Shown piece by piece: positions 26,644 through 35,476 of a stretch of DNA of 64,000 nucleotides (its first letter is position 1; each line of letters starts with the position of its first letter). This stretch comes from a virus (taxonomy: Duplodnaviria; Heunggongvirae; Uroviricota; Caudoviricetes). The stretch is taken from IMG/VR virus record IMGVR_UViG_3300045391_007586. One strand, given 5' to 3'. A program made the position numbers and the translations under genes. The notes under the pieces were generated by a model. The model was not told the origin of the DNA. It ran no database searches and was given only the letters and a program-made list of their open reading frames with translations.

Positions 26644-27348
26644 TCAGAGTAGCCGTGCCGCGATGGCGAGCCGCATGGGCCGTGCAAGAAAGTATCCCTG
26701 CGCAGTTGTGACGCCCAGCGCCTTCAACGCATTCAACTCGTCGGCGGTCTCGACACCCTCCGCGACAATCGTGCTGCCCGTCTCGTTGGCGAACGAGACC
26801 ATCGCCGACACAAGTGCCCGTCTGTTGGAATGGACGTCGATGCTTCGGATCAAGCTCGAATCAAGCTTGATCAACTCGGGATGCAGATTGATGACGTGCC
26901 GCATGTTGGCGAAGCCTGCACCCACATCATCCACAGCAATCCGGACTGAACGGCGTCGCAGCGGTTCGAGCGCCCGGATCAGTTTGTTGTAGTCGGGGAC
27001 GCAGGCATGTTCCGTGATCTCCAGGACAATCCGATTGGTCTCCATGTCGGCAAACACATCCTCGAGTTCGCCACTCAAGATTGTTCCCGGGGACGCATTG
27101 ACCGCTAAATAGAAATCCGGAACCGCCGCCAACCCCGCAAGTGCCTTGCGAATTGCCTTGAGTTCCAGAGGCACGGTCATGCCGACCTTGACAGCATCGG
27201 CGAACCACTGGCTTGGCGCACGCGTCGGCGTGACTGAGAACCGAGATAGGCACTCAAGGCCGACGACGCGACGAGGGTCCAGCGAGTAGATCGGCTGGTA
27301 AACGATGGATGGCTCGTCTGCTTTCAGCACATCCTGTATGCGCGCCAT
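26644..27348 (-). CDS. EAL-domain protein (c-di-GMP phosphodiesterase-like, ECL variant)
   Basis: IVYQPIYSLDPRRVVGLECLSRF...; start trimmed to MARIQDVL (the longer ORF to 27561 is possible, but a minus-strand terminator-like hairpin plus T7 at about 27436-27470 argues for the short form). Confidence 0.7.
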   Translation of the reverse strand: MARIQDVLKADEPSIVYQPIYSLDPRRVVGLECLSRFSVTPTRAPSQWFADAVKVGMTVPLELKAIRKALAGLAAVPDFYLAVNASPGTILSGELEDVFADMETNRIVLEITEHACVPDYNKLIRALEPLRRRSVRIAVDDVGAGFANMRHVINLHPELIKLDSSLIRSIDVHSNRRALVSAMVSFANETGSTIVAEGVETADELNALKALGVTTAQGYFLARPMRLAIAARLL

Positions 27349-27902
27349 CGTCGCTTCACGTTCTCGAACAAGTGTGGCGTTTGGCACTTTTATACCCAGC
27401 GAATCAGATGGAGCCCTAGCGTCCGATTGGGCATCACGAAAAAAAGCGCCGCGTAGACGGCGCCCAAAAGAAACTTCCAGTTTCGAAGTTGGCCAACTGG
27501 AAATTCCGAGGCCATAGCAACCAGGTCGCTTCACGACGTTGGGGACGTATTGCTTGACCATTCAGGCGCCGGTCACCAAACGCATATACGGAATTGCGTT
27601 CGGCGCTACCTCTCCTCCCGCGCGTGACCATGACGGTGGTGGCACATCGGTCCGCTGTTTGGTGTGTGGCACCGCGTATCACGCGCTCGTATGGTTAGCA
27701 GTGTGAAGGATGGGGGTGCAAAAAACAGACTCAGATTTACGCAAGAAAAACTGCATCAGACGTGACGCCCGCCGCGCGCATCGCCCAATTAAGCGGCGCG
27801 AACGCGTGTTCAAAGAATGCGACCGCCTGGGTGACGGCACGCCCGAATGAGCTAACATACTGGCGCCCACAGACAGGAACCCAAACACGAAAAGGAGAAT
27901 TT

Positions 27903-28160
27903 ATGGCAATGTCGGAACAGAAGAGAGCAGCCTTGACGCGCATTCAGCAGGCGCAATCACGCGCGGCATACGAGCAAGACGTGTGGAGCCGTGCAATGAA
28001 GTCTCACGGCGATTTCATCCAATCCTGCCTCAACGCCGGGATCGACTACAACTCGGCAAAGCGCCAATTTGCGGAGATTAACCGCGACCACCAAGAACGC
28101 TTCTCGAAGGTTCTGGAGGAAATGTTCGAGGCAGAAAAGGCGTATCGCGAGACTCCGTGA
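27903..28160 (+). CDS. hypothetical protein (85 aa)
   Basis: AAAGGAGAA RBS; MAMSEQKRAALTRIQQAQSRAAYE... Confidence 0.4.
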   Translation: MAMSEQKRAALTRIQQAQSRAAYEQDVWSRAMKSHGDFIQSCLNAGIDYNSAKRQFAEINRDHQERFSKVLEEMFEAEKAYRETP

Positions 28161-28355
28161 CGGACGCTCGACTGACGCGCGCACAGCCCGCGACGCGGGC
28201 TTCCTCAATGCGGTCAATATCAACACATACCCGAACCGCGCAGCCCGTCTAAACGCGTCTAAATCGGTCCCGCCTCGGCGCTTTCGGAGCAAAAAAGAAG
28301 GCGACCGAAGCCGCCTTTCAAAGCACCGAAACGCCACCAAATTCTGTTGTTGACC

Positions 28356-28399
28356 GTCCCATACGCGAGCGGCTTTGATCGACGGCTCGCGTATGGGAC
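28356..28399. repeat. perfect 15-bp inverted repeat (GTCCCATACGCGAGC-N14-GCTCGCGTATGGGAC)
   Basis: Read directly from the sequence; lies between convergent gene ends at the right edge of the cargo island. Confidence 0.6.
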
Positions 28400-28424
28400 G
28401 GATGTTATCCGTCCCGTCTGCGCG

Positions 28425-29429
28425 CTACTCCGTCTTGAGGGTCAGCCCGAGCTTCGTCAAGATCGTCGTCAGAAGCACGCTGTCCGGGTTCGGCTTCATG
28501 ACGCCTTTCTCGCGAACCGTGAGCTTGAGCAGCGGAAAGAGCTGGAAAATCTGGTTCGCTTGCGCGCTCGCCGTGCCCGGTGCATACGGACGGGCGAGGT
28601 AGTTCTTCTGGAGGTTGCCGCCGACGCCCGAAGACAACTGGCCGTCCTCCGCGAGCACCTTGAAGGCGCGCTGCATGTATTCGTTGAGCTTGCCGCCGTT
28701 GCGCACCCATCCGAAGAGCTGCACCGCCTTCTCGCCGACCTTCTTGGCCGTCTTGTTCGGGTCGTCCAGATCACGCAGCAGCGCCGAGCGCTTGGCTTCG
28801 AGCTCTTCCGGCGAAAGCAGCGCATCGGCCGTCTCCATGATCAGGTAGTCGTGCGCCTTGTCCCCGAGCTTCGCCATGATCTTCTCCGACTTCTTGGCGA
28901 ACGGGTTGCGCAGCACCGAAGGTGTCTTCGGCTTGCTCGCTTCCGCGGGTGCCACCTTCGTGCCCGCCAGGTCCGTTTGCGGGGCGTCCGACGCTTCCGC
29001 CTTCTCGTCGCCCGCGTCATCCGTCGAAGCACTCACGTCGCTCGCCATCGAGCGCATTTCCGCGCCGGTCGGAAACGGCCAGTGAGGCAAGGGAGTAACT
29101 GCCGGGGTTTCGGGCGTCGCGCTCGCGTCCGCAGCTTCGGGCGCTTTCTCGCCCGCGCCCTTCTTTTTGGAGCGACGCGGAAGCGAATTGACCACGACGG
29201 CGGGCGCGCTGCTCGCGACCTTCTCGGTCTTTCCGGCGCGGGCGCTCTTCTCTGCCGGCGCTTCGATTTCGGCGGGCGTCTCGTCCGCCTTCGGCTCGAT
29301 CATCCCGCTCGACATGACGGGCGCACTGCCGCTCTCGGCCATTTCCTTCATCAGGTCGTCGAGAATCTGGTTCTCGTCCACGCCGCGCGCTGCGTTGATA
29401 GGCGCCTGAGTCGTCGTTTGAACTTGCAT
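28425..29429 (-). CDS. hypothetical protein, Ala/Pro/Glu-rich N-terminal half
   Basis: 334 aa with ordinary composition; the overlapping plus-strand ORF is Arg-rich and was rejected; motif 1 variant at 29470-29495 upstream. Confidence 0.5.
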   Translation of the reverse strand: MQVQTTTQAPINAARGVDENQILDDLMKEMAESGSAPVMSSGMIEPKADETPAEIEAPAEKSARAGKTEKVASSAPAVVVNSLPRRSKKKGAGEKAPEAADASATPETPAVTPLPHWPFPTGAEMRSMASDVSASTDDAGDEKAEASDAPQTDLAGTKVAPAEASKPKTPSVLRNPFAKKSEKIMAKLGDKAHDYLIMETADALLSPEELEAKRSALLRDLDDPNKTAKKVGEKAVQLFGWVRNGGKLNEYMQRAFKVLAEDGQLSSGVGGNLQKNYLARPYAPGTASAQANQIFQLFPLLKLTVREKGVMKPNPDSVLLTTILTKLGLTLKTE

Positions 29430-29558
29430 GGTGTCACTCCTTAGTGAGTCGTTCGGTTTCGGTTTTTGTTTTGTCGCTCAGTTGCGACAGAACGAACTTT
29501 AAAGACCCAACTTTGGCAGTAGTGACAGGCGAGGCACGTTTCCAATGAGGTCGCCAGA

Positions 29559-29583
29559 AACGAAAAAGGCGAGCTCGCGCCCG
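29559..29583 (-). terminator. possible terminator hairpin with U-tract (minus strand)
   Basis: ggcgagctcgcgcccgcc imperfect stem preceded on plus by gaaaaag (a U-tract on minus). Confidence 0.3.
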
Positions 29584-29619
29584 CCGTGGATACAGTCGCC
29601 CGCTTGGCGCGGGCCTCAG

Positions 29620-29967
29620 TCAGTGACGCACTTCGTCTTCGGTCATGTAGCTGCCGGGGCTGCGGTGCGCCGCATGGTCCAGGTTGTCCAGGCACTTGCC
29701 GAACGCGATCATGTGCGCGCTGCGTTGATCCGCCGCTTCGTCGTGCCCGTAGTTGTAGGCGAACTGCATGATGCCGCCGATCCAGCTATTGCGGGTCTCG
29801 TCGTCAATGTTGCTCGGCAGCGGCGTGCCGCGGTTCTGGAAGCCGATCTCGGCTTCCTGGCCGACCATCCTGCACATTTCCAGCTTCTTCGCTTCGTTGC
29901 CGTAGCTGAAGGCGTGCGCGGCGTTGGCGGACAGTGCGATCAGGGTTGCGATCAGAGTTTTCTTCAT
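29620..29967 (-). CDS. secreted protein with signal peptide
   Basis: MKKTLIATLIALSANAAHA. Confidence 0.55.
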   Translation of the reverse strand: MKKTLIATLIALSANAAHAFSYGNEAKKLEMCRMVGQEAEIGFQNRGTPLPSNIDDETRNSWIGGIMQFAYNYGHDEAADQRSAHMIAFGKCLDNLDHAAHRSPGSYMTEDEVRH

Positions 29968-30143
29968 GGGCGGTCTCCGCGTTGTTCGTCATGAGAGACA
30001 TGATCGAGTGCTGTTCTTGGACCCACAACGGGCTTGCAGGCAAAAAGAAAGGCGGGTGATCCCCGCCCTTCGAGATCGAGCCGCATGATAGCGAAGCTCG
30101 ATGCGCTTGCCAACAGTCACCTATGACTGAGAATGCCGGCGCT

Positions 30144-30374
30144 TCAGCCAAGCCCCAACGCAGCACGAATGTCCCGCTGCGCCTGCGCGTAGCCTTCGCC
30201 ATAAGCGATGTTGGCGATTCGGGCCGCTCGTTCGCAGTCTTCCATGTTGGAGAACCGTGAGTTCGGCGAAAGGGTGCCGCCGTAGTAGCTGCACTCCACT
30301 TGATGACACCCTGCCACATACGGCTTCCCTTCCGAGTCGTGTCCGGCCTTGAACGGGTCACGCTTGCTCATCAT
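30144..30374 (-). CDS. hypothetical protein
   Basis: 76 aa; ATGA overlap with the exonuclease gene. Confidence 0.5.
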   Translation of the reverse strand: MMSKRDPFKAGHDSEGKPYVAGCHQVECSYYGGTLSPNSRFSNMEDCERAARIANIAYGEGYAQAQRDIRAALGLG

Positions 30375-30949
30375 TCACTCCTTTCCGGCCACGCCGCGAA
30401 GATTGTCCAGTCGTTGTCGGGCTTGTAGAACCCGCGCTCCACGCCCGCGAAGAAGCACGCCATCATGCGCTCAACGTCATACTCTGCCCCGTGCGCTAAG
30501 GACGGGTCGTAGGGCAGATTGAGCGCGAAGCAGAGCTCGCCAAGACGCGGTGACTTCCCGTCTGGCGTCGCCCATCGCGCATGCGTCAACGTGCAGAATC
30601 CGATCAGGTCCGGCTTGACGTGCAGACCGAGGCGCTTGAGCTCGCCATTCGTGAACGGCGCGTCGAACCCGCCGTTGTGCATCACGATCAGGTCCGACTT
30701 GTTCAGCTCTTCCACGAGTTTCGGCGCCACGTCGACCCACTTGGGCATCCCGACCAGATCGTCGTAGGCGATCCCATGAACCGCCTGCGCCTTTGCATCG
30801 ATGGCGCGCTCGGGGTCGATGCGCGTCACGAACTTGTCCACGGGCTTGCGGGTATCGAAGTCGTAGTGCAGCAGGCCCACTTCGATGATCCGATGGCCGT
30901 CCACCCATTTCAGTCCGGTGGTTTCGGTGTCGTATCCTGAGACGATCAT
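30371..30949 (-). CDS. DnaQ-like (DEDD) 3'-5' exonuclease
   Basis: YDTETTG, HNGGFD and HGAEYD exo motifs. Confidence 0.8.
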   Translation of the reverse strand: MIVSGYDTETTGLKWVDGHRIIEVGLLHYDFDTRKPVDKFVTRIDPERAIDAKAQAVHGIAYDDLVGMPKWVDVAPKLVEELNKSDLIVMHNGGFDAPFTNGELKRLGLHVKPDLIGFCTLTHARWATPDGKSPRLGELCFALNLPYDPSLAHGAEYDVERMMACFFAGVERGFYKPDNDWTIFAAWPERSE

Positions 30950-31089
30950 CCCGCCGCTCCTTTCCGCTTCCTGCGCTCGTGCAGCTTCACTTCAAAGACG
31001 GTCACAACGACGAGCGTCGCGACGACGCCAAGTCCAACGCCGAAGAGAAACGTGTCGACCACGTGGCCCAAAGTGCAAAACATCGTCAT
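30946..31089 (-). CDS. small membrane protein (47 aa)
   Basis: MTMFCTLGHVVDTFLFGVGLGVVATLVVVTVFEVKL...; GAGG RBS; ATGA overlap. Confidence 0.35.
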   Translation of the reverse strand: MTMFCTLGHVVDTFLFGVGLGVVATLVVVTVFEVKLHERRKRKGAAG

Positions 31090-31097
31090 GGCTCGCC

Positions 31098-31514
31098 TCA
31101 GTCGCAGGTGCCGCCGTCCGAATCCGTCTCGGCCGGCTCGTCAACGATGGTCGTGATGGCTTCCTCATTCGGAAGGCGGAACTGCGTCTCGGGCGATCCC
31201 ATGCGCTCGATGGCGGATGCCAGACCGGCGCTTTGCTCCGGCGTGAGGGCGCCATCGGTCAAGTCGGTCCCGACAATCGGAGCGAAGAACGGCCGCAGAA
31301 TCTCCTGTGCCTTGTCCTCACCCATCGTGCTTTCGATGTGTGCCTGCGTTCGCGCCAATGCCGCCCGCCAGTCGAACGAGCTCGACTGCGACAGGGCTTT
31401 GCCGCTGATCTCTGCGGCGAACCGCAGAAGGTTGTTGACCGGCGCTTTCACTTTCGAGCGGTTGGCTGCAACGACGATCTCTCGTGCCGTGAGACCGTTG
31501 ATACGAAGGGACAT
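31098..31514 (-). CDS. hypothetical protein
   Basis: 138 aa. Confidence 0.5.
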   Translation of the reverse strand: MSLRINGLTAREIVVAANRSKVKAPVNNLLRFAAEISGKALSQSSSFDWRAALARTQAHIESTMGEDKAQEILRPFFAPIVGTDLTDGALTPEQSAGLASAIERMGSPETQFRLPNEEAITTIVDEPAETDSDGGTCD

Positions 31515-31536
31515 GCGAATCTCCTTGATGAAAATT

Positions 31537-31566
31537 GCGGTATCGGTCAGTTACGACTGATACCGC
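31537..31566 (-). promoter_or_regulatory. motif 1 copy embedded in a 30-bp palindrome
   Basis: gcggtatcggtcagttacgactgataccgc, 23 nt upstream of the ATG at 31514. Confidence 0.5.
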
Positions 31567-31591
31567 ATTGAAACCTACAGGTTGTGGATCG

Positions 31592-32377
31592 TCACTTCAC
31601 ATTGACCATCGGGCGAACATCGCCAGTGCCGACGATCATGGTGCAGCCCTGATGCGAGGCGCACGCCTGCAACGCCATGTTGTATTCGTGTTGCAGGTAG
31701 GCCGGCGTGAGCGATTGCGTCAGCTTTTCGTTCGCCTGGGCTTCCTGCTCTTTCACCTGGACGAGCTGCTTGGCGGTCTGCACCTGCTTTTCAGCCATGA
31801 TCGAATTGCGGATCGCGTCCTCGACCGACGGGTCGGTGTGGATCGTCCGCACGATGACGTTCGTGACCGTGAACGTGTTCGGGTTGTCCTTGTCCAGCCG
31901 CGACTGCAACTCAGCCTTGATCATCGATTCCAGCGGGCCACGGTTCGTGTGCAGCGTCAGACTGTCGAAGTGCGACACGGAGTCGTTGATAACGCCCGAG
32001 GCGACGTTCTGGATCAAGACGTAGCCCGGACGCACGAAGCCCTCACCCGAGAGTTCGGCCGACTGGCCGGCGCGGCTCGCCTGGAAGTTCGGCAACGCGG
32101 CCGGGTTCGCGCGATAGTAGATCGTCACGTCCAAGTCCTTGAGCGTCAGGTTGTCCTTCGCCCGCGGAGTCAGCCCGCCGATGTCGACCGTCGTTTCCTT
32201 CGCCGTGTAGATCGTTAGATGCGACAGGATCGCGGTGTAGAAGCCTGGCTGCTCGACGGTCGGCTGAATCTGGCCGAATTGCGTGCGCACGCCGACCTCT
32301 CCCGAGTCGATGAAGCCGCAGCCGGTGAAGAAAAACGGCATCAGAACCGCCAAAACTACGAGAATGAGTCGCTTCAT
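31592..32377 (-). CDS. SPFH/band-7 (prohibitin-like) domain lipoprotein
   Basis: Lipobox FFFTGC; SPFH domain pattern (EVGVRTQFGQI...TKDNLTL.DLDVTIYYRA...). Confidence 0.8.
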   Translation of the reverse strand: MKRLILVVLAVLMPFFFTGCGFIDSGEVGVRTQFGQIQPTVEQPGFYTAILSHLTIYTAKETTVDIGGLTPRAKDNLTLKDLDVTIYYRANPAALPNFQASRAGQSAELSGEGFVRPGYVLIQNVASGVINDSVSHFDSLTLHTNRGPLESMIKAELQSRLDKDNPNTFTVTNVIVRTIHTDPSVEDAIRNSIMAEKQVQTAKQLVQVKEQEAQANEKLTQSLTPAYLQHEYNMALQACASHQGCTMIVGTGDVRPMVNVK

Positions 32378-32384
32378 GTATTCC

Positions 32385-32585
32385 TCAAAAGATGTGATCG
32401 ACCGTGATCAGGACGTTGATTGCGATGACGGTCAAAGCAAGCGCAATCACGAAAAGGGCCAAACGCTTCGTCAGCGTCCAGGCGACCGCGCGAGTCTTTG
32501 CGAAAGGCGCGGCGCTGACGACGCGAATCAGCCCGTAAAACATAGCCAGCAGCAGCAGGCCGATGAACGCGACGCGAACGATCAC
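32385..32585 (-). CDS. small membrane protein (67 aa)
   Basis: GTG start right after the upstream stop; two TM helices. Confidence 0.4.
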   Translation of the reverse strand: MIVRVAFIGLLLLAMFYGLIRVVSAAPFAKTRAVAWTLTKRLALFVIALALTVIAINVLITVDHIF

Positions 32586-32803
32586 AGCGCCACCTCTTCG
32601 AAAGCCTCGTGCTCGGGCGACACGATCTGGAATTCGCGGCGAAAGTCCTCGCAACGAACCCATTCGGGATCAGTGGCGCCGGTATCGAAGTTCACGCGAG
32701 AGGCGCAGACGCTCGTCACGTAGTAGATGTTGCCGGTCAGCTTTTCGCGGATGGGGTCTCCCGGCTTCAGGACTTCCCACAACGGCGCGACTGGCGTTCG
32801 CAT
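32582..32803 (-). CDS. hypothetical protein
   Basis: 73 aa. Confidence 0.45.
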   Translation of the reverse strand: MRTPVAPLWEVLKPGDPIREKLTGNIYYVTSVCASRVNFDTGATDPEWVRCEDFRREFQIVSPEHEAFEEVAL

Positions 32804-32821
32804 ATGCTTTTCTCCTTTCGT

Positions 32822-33355
32822 TCAGTGCAAATAGTTTCGTTTCGTCTCATCGGTGAGCATGGACAGCTCAACCATCTTTTGCGGCGCAAATTGAGGCTTC
32901 GTCTTGACGAGGACCGAGTGATCGACAAACTTCGTCACCCCTATGCGCCAGATCGCCACGAGCTCGTAGTCGTGCTTGTAGACGTAGAACCGGACAAGCC
33001 GGATGGAAGGCGTCGTGACCAGATGCTCGTTCCAGATTTCGACATCGATTCCGACTGCGGGGCCGTCAAGCAGGTCTTGTGGCGGACGCCAGAAGATGTG
33101 TCCTCTGCTTTCCTCGATCTCCTGCTGCGGGTATCGAGCCTGCGAAGAAAACTCCAACAGGCTTGTGATGCCGCTGGCTTGCCAGTCCTCATAGACCCAG
33201 GCTGGAAGCTCAACCCGACGAGCCAGGACCGATCGCTCGCGCGACAGTTCATACATCCCGAACTTCCTGTCCCGACCAACATCGATGAACAACTCAATCC
33301 CGCCTTGCTCCAACATGCGCGGTTTTGCACCGCCCCGCGCGAGACGAACGTCCAT
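32822..33355 (-). CDS. hypothetical protein
   Basis: 177 aa; TAGGAGG RBS; motif 1 copy at 33366-33388 upstream. Confidence 0.5.
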   Translation of the reverse strand: MDVRLARGGAKPRMLEQGGIELFIDVGRDRKFGMYELSRERSVLARRVELPAWVYEDWQASGITSLLEFSSQARYPQQEIEESRGHIFWRPPQDLLDGPAVGIDVEIWNEHLVTTPSIRLVRFYVYKHDYELVAIWRIGVTKFVDHSVLVKTKPQFAPQKMVELSMLTDETKRNYLH

Positions 33356-33392
33356 GACGCCTCCTATACGTCAGCTATGACTGATATTCCGG

Positions 33393-33980
33393 TTAATTGA
33401 GCAGATCGAGGCAGCGCGAACGCAGCCACTTCATGTCGTCCAAGCTCGGACGCCGGCTCTGCGAGAATTTCATGGCCTCCGGGCGACCGGCCGGCAGGAA
33501 AAGATTTGACCGCGATTCCATGTCCTGGAACTGGTGCAGCCCAAGCAGCACTGGCTCGCCGACCGTCACTGCTCGCAACGTGTGAATGTCCGATGTGCTG
33601 TTGAAGTAGTGACTGCCACGACGATGCCGGGTCGCGTGCGGCACAAGTCCGGCTGTCGCGGCCGGACGGAACGAACGCGTCTCCGTGTGGTAGACATGCC
33701 GGTCCCATTCGCCGCCCTCGCGCTCGCCGAACTTGATCTCGTCGAGCTCGCCGGCAAGAACAACGGTGTCGAACGCGTAGCGGTGGGTATGCGGATGCAG
33801 AAGGAAGCCCGAGAAGTCGTTGGAATCGCGCTCGATCAGGTAGAGCTTGAGCGTGACCTTGGGGCTACGGTGAAGGCAGAGGTAGTGCATGCCGTCGATG
33901 ATGTGATTCATCACCGAATGGTTCATCATTTCAACGAGGTCCATTTCGGCAAGCATGGTCCGAGCCGATTGCGGTGTCAT
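33393..33980 (-). CDS. cupin-like / putative Fe-dependent oxygenase
   Basis: Trimmed to MTPQSARTML; LLHPHTHRY...H pattern suggests a metal-binding cupin; assignment tentative. Confidence 0.45.
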   Translation of the reverse strand: MTPQSARTMLAEMDLVEMMNHSVMNHIIDGMHYLCLHRSPKVTLKLYLIERDSNDFSGFLLHPHTHRYAFDTVVLAGELDEIKFGEREGGEWDRHVYHTETRSFRPAATAGLVPHATRHRRGSHYFNSTSDIHTLRAVTVGEPVLLGLHQFQDMESRSNLFLPAGRPEAMKFSQSRRPSLDDMKWLRSRCLDLLN

Positions 33981-34091
33981 GATCTCCAATTCCCTGAAAA
34001 GTGATGCGCTGACACTCAGCGCTGACTGATATTCTACAGAAAAAGAAAGACGACGCAAGCGCGTTTGACGGCGTTTGCGTCGTTGCCAGGT

Positions 34092-35474
34092 TCAAACCGC
34101 CTTGATCGGGATCGTGCGGCGCCGCGGTGTTTCTTCGTGCTGGAGCAGGTTGCCCCAGATGTCGCGGCGCTCCGGTGGCAGCGTGGGTGCGCCGATATAC
34201 GTCGGGATGAAGCCCGTCATCCGCTCAAAGCTCAGAGCGAACAGGACGATGTTGTCCGAGTAGGAGTTCGCGCACGAGGCGTTCCAGTAGTCCCCTTCGA
34301 GGAACATGCACGAGCCCTTGCAAAGCTGAAGCACCGGACAGCCCGAGCAGTTCGGCCGATTCCGCCAGTGAGCAGCTGAATGCACGCGCACCTGATCCAT
34401 ATCAGCGATGTTGCCGGCGCAGTGCGATGTGCCGTTCGGAGCCGTTTCCACAGCGCTCACGTTCTGGCAGGTCAGCACGTTGCCGCGCAGGTCGATCGCC
34501 AGCACATGCGGGTCATCCATGCCGCACTTCTGCCCCAGGAAGCGCGCCTCGCGATGTGAGAGGACGCTGCGTGTGAAGCTGTCGATCTTCTCAATGACGC
34601 CGGGAAAGCCAATGTCTCCGCCAGTCGAGTAGATGTCGTTGAACGCTTCACGCCGGAACGCGAAGTGCTCGGCTTTCGTATCCAGAGAGCTGCCGTATCC
34701 GCCTTCGTCGTAGGCGTCGACCACACTCCCCTCTCCGAGAATCACGTTCGGGTCGCCCGTGAACTTGACGAAAAACTCGTGGATCGCCTTGCGACTCGTA
34801 TTTGCGCGGTTGAGCATCGCATTGAAGGAAATCCGGCCAAGCGGCCTGAGCGCGCGATACAGACCGAGAATCGCCTCACGCGTCTCGGGCACTTCGAGAG
34901 GATCGGGGCCGCGCACGTGCTGACCCGGACCATCGTGCGAGATTGCAACCGCAAAGCAGTTGCCAATCAGCCACGACGCGATCTCTTCCGTCATCAGGGA
35001 GCCATTCGTGATGATGGAGTAGCGCGGCTTCGTCTTCCACTCCCGGAAACGTTCGTTGATGGCTTCCACAAGCGGACGCAAGGTCTTGATGTAGACCAGA
35101 GGCTCGCCGCCCCAGAATTCGATCTTGAGCCCCGCAGCCTCGTCAAATTCGAGCGCGTCCAGGCGACGCATGAAAGCCTCGATGTCCTTGCGGCTCGTCT
35201 CCGGTGGGCGTTCGACAAAGCGTTGCGAGCAATACTCGCAGGAGTAGTTGCACGAAAGCCCGAGCTGGATCTTCAGCAGGCGCACGTGACGCGACTTCGA
35301 GAGCGGCGCGTCGATCGAGAATGGAACCGCCTCGGGCCGATCTTCGACCCGCTGATCGGCGCCAGGATACTCGAACACGGTGCCATTCTCCGCGCGCAGC
35401 GTATTCGTCTCGTTGTCGTATTCGAATTTGGCTCGCGTGCCGTCCTGCTTGGCCGCGATGATTGTAAAGAGCAT
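34092..35474 (-). CDS. radical SAM enzyme with C-terminal SPASM domain (anSME-like peptide or protein maturase)
   Basis: CNYSCEYC (CxxxCxxC) radical SAM motif; C-terminal Cys cluster CSGCPVLQLCKGSC...C; ATG at 35474 with AAGGAG RBS formed by the last two codons (aag gag) of the upstream gene. Confidence 0.85.
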   Translation of the reverse strand: MLFTIIAAKQDGTRAKFEYDNETNTLRAENGTVFEYPGADQRVEDRPEAVPFSIDAPLSKSRHVRLLKIQLGLSCNYSCEYCSQRFVERPPETSRKDIEAFMRRLDALEFDEAAGLKIEFWGGEPLVYIKTLRPLVEAINERFREWKTKPRYSIITNGSLMTEEIASWLIGNCFAVAISHDGPGQHVRGPDPLEVPETREAILGLYRALRPLGRISFNAMLNRANTSRKAIHEFFVKFTGDPNVILGEGSVVDAYDEGGYGSSLDTKAEHFAFRREAFNDIYSTGGDIGFPGVIEKIDSFTRSVLSHREARFLGQKCGMDDPHVLAIDLRGNVLTCQNVSAVETAPNGTSHCAGNIADMDQVRVHSAAHWRNRPNCSGCPVLQLCKGSCMFLEGDYWNASCANSYSDNIVLFALSFERMTGFIPTYIGAPTLPPERRDIWGNLLQHEETPRRRTIPIKAV

Positions 35475-35476
35475 GG

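Noticed and set aside
28347-29444. 365-aa plus-strand ORF overlapping gene 28425-29429
   Set aside because: Extreme Arg/Leu bias and no motifs; the minus-strand frame has ordinary composition and a motif 1 copy upstream.
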